Below are positions 59,680 through 64,000 of a stretch of 64,000 nt of DNA, one piece after another; the stretch's first letter is position 1; each line of letters opens with the position of its first letter. The position numbers were made by a program, and so were the translations under genes. Below the pieces are notes generated by a model that ran no database searches, was not told the DNA's origin, and saw only the letters and a program-made list of their open reading frames with translations. Source of the DNA: Vulcanimicrobiota bacterium (lineage in GTDB: Bacteria > Vulcanimicrobiota > Vulcanimicrobiia > Vulcanimicrobiales > Vulcanimicrobiaceae); NCBI GenBank assembly GCA_963695225.1, contig OY968762.1, positions 192,001 through 256,000 of the forward strand, in the 5' to 3' direction.

Positions 59680-59979
59680 GTGGGTAGCGTTCGGATCGAT
59701 ATCGAGCACGTCGCGAAGTTGGCGCGCGTGGCGCTGACGCCCGATGAAGTCGAGCGTTTCGGCGCGCAACTCGGCACGTTGCTCGAACACGTGAGCGCGC
59801 TCGAGAAGCTGCCGACGGGCGACGTCCCCGCGACGGCGCAAGTGATCCCGTCGCGCAACGTGGCACGCGCGGACGTTCCGGCGCCGTCGCTGGAGCGCGA
59901 CGTCGTCCTCGGGGGTGCGCCGAGCGCGCAGGGCGCGTATTTTCGCGTGCCGCGGATCTTGGGAGAAACCGAAGGATGA
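59680..59979 (+). CDS. gatC: Asp/Glu-tRNA amidotransferase subunit C
   Basis: HVAKLAR, YFRVPRI; synteny. Confidence 0.93.
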   Translation: MGSVRIDIEHVAKLARVALTPDEVERFGAQLGTLLEHVSALEKLPTGDVPATAQVIPSRNVARADVPAPSLERDVVLGGAPSAQGAYFRVPRILGETEG

Positions 59980-61469
59980 GCGCGGCCTGGATGGATGCCA
60001 CGGCGAGCGAGGTGGCTCGCGCGGTGAACGCGCGCGAGGTCTCGGCGAGCGAGATCGCCGCGGCCGCATTCGAGCGGATCGCCGAACGCGATGATGCGGT
60101 CGGCGCGTTCTTGACGCGAACGGAAGGGTTGGCCCGCGCGCACGCGCGCGAGGTCGATGCGAAGCTGGCCGCGGGTGAACGGCTGGCGCTGGCGGGCGTT
60201 CCGCTCGCGATCAAGGACAACATGTGCGTGACCGGAACGCGCACGACGTGCGGCTCGAAGATCCTCGAAAGCTGGATCGCGCCGTATACGGGGACGGCCG
60301 TGGCGCGCGCGCTTGCCGCGGGTGCGTTGCCGCTCGGCAAGACGAACCTCGACGAGTTCGCGATGGGGAGTTCCTGCGAGAACAGCGCGCTCGGCGTCAC
60401 GCGCAACCCGTGGGATCCGGGGCGCGTCCCGGGCGGTTCCTCCGGCGGGAGCGCAGCTTCCGTCGCGGCCCGCGAAGCGGCGCTCGCGCTCGGGAGCGAT
60501 ACCGGAGGATCGATCCGGGAACCCGCCGCGTTCTGCGGGATCGTGGGCTTCAAGCCGACGTACGGCCGAGTCTCGCGCTACGGGCTGATCGCGTTCGCAT
60601 CGAGCCTCGATCAGATCGGCCCGTTCGCGCGGACGGTGGAAGATGCGGCGCTACTCTACGACACGATCGCGGGGAAGGATCCGTTCGATGCGACCTCGGT
60701 CGACCGCCCGGTAGAGCCCGCGCGCGGCTCGCTGCGCGAGGATCTGAAGGGAGTGCGCGTCGGGATCGTCCGCGAATTCGATCTCGCGGCGCTCGAACCA
60801 GACGTGCGCGACGTCTATCGCGCCGCCTACGAAGACCTCGTCAAGCTCGGCGCCGAGCTCGTCGAAGTGGGGCTCCCGACGGCCGAACACGGTCTCGCGA
60901 CGTATTATCTGATCGCGCCGGCCGAGTGCTCGTCGAACCTCGCGCGTTTCGACGGGATGCGGTACGGCCTCCGCGTCGAGGGCGCCGACGTCGGGGCGAC
61001 CTACGAACGGACGCGCGCGGCGGGGTTCGGCGACGAAGTGAAACGCCGGATTCTCATAGGCACGTACGCGCTCTCGAGCGGATACTACGACGCCTACTAC
61101 GTGCGCGCGCAGAAGGCGCGCACGCTCCTCGGCAAGGATTTCGAGCGCGCGTTCGCAAGCTGCGATCTGATCGCTTGCCCCGCCGCCGCGAGCCCGGCCT
61201 TCGAGTTCAACGCGAAAGCCGACCCCTACAGCATGTACTTGATGGATTACTATACGATCCCGATGTCGCTCGCGGGGCTGCCTTCGCTCTCGGTTCCGTG
61301 CGGTTACGTGGAACGCGAAGGTCGCTCGCTCCCGCTCGGCCTCGAACTCTCGGCTCCGCTGTTCGGCGAGCGCTCGCTGCTCGCGAGCGCGCACGCCTAC
61401 GAGCGCGCGACGCGGCACGCGGAGCGCCTCGCTCCGCCGCCGGTCGCAGCTGCGGAGGGCCGCGCATGA
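59976..61469 (+). CDS. gatA: Asp/Glu-tRNA amidotransferase subunit A
   Basis: KDN, GKTNLDEFAMGSS, GGSSGGS, SDTGGSIR. Confidence 0.97.
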   Translation: MSAAWMDATASEVARAVNAREVSASEIAAAAFERIAERDDAVGAFLTRTEGLARAHAREVDAKLAAGERLALAGVPLAIKDNMCVTGTRTTCGSKILESWIAPYTGTAVARALAAGALPLGKTNLDEFAMGSSCENSALGVTRNPWDPGRVPGGSSGGSAASVAAREAALALGSDTGGSIREPAAFCGIVGFKPTYGRVSRYGLIAFASSLDQIGPFARTVEDAALLYDTIAGKDPFDATSVDRPVEPARGSLREDLKGVRVGIVREFDLAALEPDVRDVYRAAYEDLVKLGAELVEVGLPTAEHGLATYYLIAPAECSSNLARFDGMRYGLRVEGADVGATYERTRAAGFGDEVKRRILIGTYALSSGYYDAYYVRAQKARTLLGKDFERAFASCDLIACPAAASPAFEFNAKADPYSMYLMDYYTIPMSLAGLPSLSVPCGYVEREGRSLPLGLELSAPLFGERSLLASAHAYERATRHAERLAPPPVAAAEGRA

Positions 61470-62971
61470 GCGGCGTGCGAACGGCCGTGCCGCGCGAACG
61501 CCGCGCCGCCTACGAAGCCGTGATCGGCATCGAATGCCACGTCGAGTTGCGGACCGAGACGAAGATGTTTTGCGGCTGCCGCAACGTCTTCGGCGCGGAG
61601 CCGAACACGAACGTGTGCCCCGTGTGCCTGGGGATGCCGGGGGCGCTCCCCGTCCCGAACGAGCGTGCGATCGAACATCTCGTCCACGCGGGCCTCGCGT
61701 TCGGCGCGACGATCCCCGCGTTCTCGAAGTTCGATCGGAAGAATTACTTCTATCCGGACATGCCCAAGAATTATCAGATCTCGCAGTTCGACATGCCGCT
61801 TACGCAAGGCGGGACGGTCACGTTCTGGCGGCACGACGGCACGCGCGGCGAGTGCCGGCTCACGCGCATCCACCTCGAAGAGGATACGGCGAAGTCGCTC
61901 CACGCGGGCTCCGGCGACGGGCGTATCGCCGGGAGCACGTATTCGCTCGTCGATTTCAATCGCGCCGGCGTCCCGCTCATGGAGTGCGTCGCGGAGCCGG
62001 ATATCCGCACTGCCGCCGATGCGGTCGCCTTCCTCGAAGCGCTCAAGCGCACGTTTGTCGCGCTCGGCGTCAGCGACGTGAAGATGGAAGAAGGCTCGCT
62101 ACGCTGCGACGCCAACGTCTCGGTCCGCCTCGCCGGCGCGAGCGAGTACGGCACGAAGGCCGAGATCAAGAACATGAACTCGTTCCGCTCCGTGCTGCGC
62201 GCGATCGAAAGCGAAGTCGAGCGGCAGATCGAGATCCTCGAAAGCGGCGGCCGCGTCATCCAGGAGACGCGCGGTTGGGACGAGGCCGAAGGGACGACGC
62301 ATTCGATGCGCAGCAAGGAGCAAGCGCACGATTATCGCTACTTCCCCGATCCCGATCTCTCCCCGATCGAGTTCTCGGAGGAGCGGATCGCGGAATTGCG
62401 CGCCGGCCTGCCCGCGCTGCCGCAGGAGCGGCTCGGCCGGATGATCGTCGAGGACAAGCTCTCCCCCGCGCAGGCGGTCCAGATCGTCGATACGCCGGGG
62501 CTCGCGGATTATTACGAAGCGGCGCTGGCGCTGACGAAGCAACCGCAGGCGACCGCGAATTTCGTGCTCGGCGATCTCTCGCGCCTCGCGAACGAGAGCG
62601 GAACGCGGATCGATCGCGGAGGCATGACGCCGGCGGCGCTCGCGGAACTCGTGGCGCTCACCGAAGCCGGAACGATCAACTCGAAGACGGCGAAGGACGT
62701 GCTCGGGCGCGTCTGGAGCGAGGGCGGTTCGCCGCGCGCGATCGTCGAGAGCGAGGGCCTGGGGCAGGTCAGCGACCTCGGCGCCGTCGATGCGCTGGTC
62801 CGCGAGGTGATGGCGGCGCAAACGAAATCCGTCGACGATTTCCGCGCGGGGAAAGAGAACGCGTTGAAGTTCCTCGTCGGCCAGGTGATGAAGGCGAGCC
62901 GCGGCAAAGCGAATCCGACGCTCGCCGAGGAGCGCTTGCGCGCGCTGATCGGGCCGAACGGCACGCCGTGA
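61466..62971 (+). CDS. gatB: Asp/Glu-tRNA amidotransferase subunit B
   Basis: IGIECHVEL, RKNYFYPD, HLEED, RCDANVS, DYRYFPDPD. Confidence 0.97.
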   Translation: MSGVRTAVPRERRAAYEAVIGIECHVELRTETKMFCGCRNVFGAEPNTNVCPVCLGMPGALPVPNERAIEHLVHAGLAFGATIPAFSKFDRKNYFYPDMPKNYQISQFDMPLTQGGTVTFWRHDGTRGECRLTRIHLEEDTAKSLHAGSGDGRIAGSTYSLVDFNRAGVPLMECVAEPDIRTAADAVAFLEALKRTFVALGVSDVKMEEGSLRCDANVSVRLAGASEYGTKAEIKNMNSFRSVLRAIESEVERQIEILESGGRVIQETRGWDEAEGTTHSMRSKEQAHDYRYFPDPDLSPIEFSEERIAELRAGLPALPQERLGRMIVEDKLSPAQAVQIVDTPGLADYYEAALALTKQPQATANFVLGDLSRLANESGTRIDRGGMTPAALAELVALTEAGTINSKTAKDVLGRVWSEGGSPRAIVESEGLGQVSDLGAVDALVREVMAAQTKSVDDFRAGKENALKFLVGQVMKASRGKANPTLAEERLRALIGPNGTP

Positions 62972-64000
62972 GCTTCCCGGCGCTCGCCGACGAGCGCAGC
63001 CTCGAGACGCTCGACTTCAGTGCGATCCGCGCGCGGCTCGCGCGGCATACGGCGACCGACCGCGCGCACGCGCGCGCGGTCGAACTCGTCCCGGGCGGCG
63101 ATCTCGAGGTGATCCGCTTGGAGCAAGCGGCAACGGCCGAGATGCGGGAGATCGCCGGCGACGCCGCGTTCGCGTTGCCGCGCGTCGTCGAAACGCGCGA
63201 CGCGGTGGCGCGCGCCGCGCGCGGCTCGACGCTCTCGCCGGACGAACTGCGCGCGATCGCCGTCGCCGTCGCGGCGGCCGCCGCCGCGGTCAAGCGGATC
63301 GACGAAGCGCAGGCGCCCGTCCTCCAAGCCCGCTGCGCCGGAGCGATGCCCCTTGGGGATCTCGCGCGGCGCATCGACGGCGCGATCGGGGAGCGCGGCG
63401 AGGTGCTCGACCGGGCCTCCCCCGCGCTCGGGCGGATCCGACGGGGCGTCGCGCACGCGATCGAAGATGCGCGCGCGCGCTGCCAGGCGTTGCTGCGCTC
63501 CTCGCAGTTCTCGAAGGCGATCCAGGATTCGGTCGTGACGGTCCGCGACGGGCGCTTCGTGATTCCGGTGAAGGCCGAGTTCCAGAACGCGATCCCCGGC
63601 GTCGTGCACGATACCTCCTCGAGCGGGCAGACGCTGTTCGTGGAGCCGCTCGGCGCGCTGGAGTGCAACAACCGCCTGCGCACGCTGCGCTTGGAAGAAG
63701 AACGCGAGGTCGCGCGGGTTCTCGCCGAGCTCTCCGGTGACGTCGGCGCCCGCGCCGCCGCCGTCGAGGCGAATTGCGAAGCGCTCGCCGAGATCGATTT
63801 CGTGCTCGCGCGAGCGCGCCTCGCCGAGGAGATGCGAGCGATCGCGCCGGCGATCGTCGCCGAGCCGCGCCTGGAGATCTACGCCGGGAGGCACCCGCTC
63901 CTCGGCGAACGGGCCGTCCCGCAGTCGTTCGGCCTCGGGGCGGAGCAGCGCATCATCGTGATCAGCGGGCCGAACATGGGCGGCAAGACCGTGACGCTCA
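62968..64000 (+). CDS. mutS2: Endonuclease MutS2, 5' part (runs off the right edge)
   Basis: LETLDF, R.GRFVIPVK, VHDTSSSGQTLFVEP, GRHPLL, ISGPNMGGKT. Confidence 0.95.
   Translation, partial: MSFPALADERSLETLDFSAIRARLARHTATDRAHARAVELVPGGDLEVIRLEQAATAEMREIAGDAAFALPRVVETRDAVARAARGSTLSPDELRAIAVAVAAAAAAVKRIDEAQAPVLQARCAGAMPLGDLARRIDGAIGERGEVLDRASPALGRIRRGVAHAIEDARARCQALLRSSQFSKAIQDSVVTVRDGRFVIPVKAEFQNAIPGVVHDTSSSGQTLFVEPLGALECNNRLRTLRLEEEREVARVLAELSGDVGARAAAVEANCEALAEIDFVLARARLAEEMRAIAPAIVAEPRLEIYAGRHPLLGERAVPQSFGLGAEQRIIVISGPNMGGKTVTL

Noticed and set aside
58245..60553. Long antisense and alternative-frame ORFs (e.g. 58245-60143, 59192-60553, 42500-44329, 36427-38085)
   Set aside because: Arg/Ala/Pro-rich shadow ORFs of well-supported genes, expected in high-GC DNA
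60224..62971. 915-aa GatB with long N-terminal extension
   Set aside because: Extension overlaps gatA in another frame; the real start is ATG 61466 with a GGAGG RBS

Overview
GC-rich bacterial chromosome segment. The GAAC-N4-GTTC LexA box, gatCAB, mutS2 and fliA/whiG suggest a Terrabacteria-type organism, possibly Eremiobacterota/Vulcanimicrobiota; this is inference only. The left half (~1-32.8 kb) is an accessory region with traces of mobile-element activity. It holds a Fic gene broken by an IS3 element, a lipid kinase gene broken by a 2.17-kb ISNCY/IS21-like element with two tiers of inverted repeats, and a Tn3-family end relic next to a collapsed second Fic locus. It also encodes several unusual multidomain proteins: an ABM(IsdG-like)-PAS-GGDEF cyclase paired with a globin-like/CarH-type B12-binding protein, a lipase-trypsin-nuclease triple fusion, a 7-repeat beta-propeller-papain protease with a partner gene, a lipoprotein with a clan-CD-like motif, and an HscC/J-protein pair. 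The right half (~32.8-64 kb) is mostly core genes: crcB, rpmG-tRNA-Trp-secE-nusG, rplKA, rplJL, hppA, fliA, ftsY, recA-recX, purA, fliJ/fliO, rlmD, gatCAB and mutS2. Extra genes are inserted into the normally contiguous ribosomal cluster. One is a DUF4395 gene preceded by an unannotated leaderless 24-codon peptide with a terminator/antiterminator pair, a candidate attenuator. No CRISPR array or rRNA was seen. All family calls come from motif recognition by eye, not database searches.
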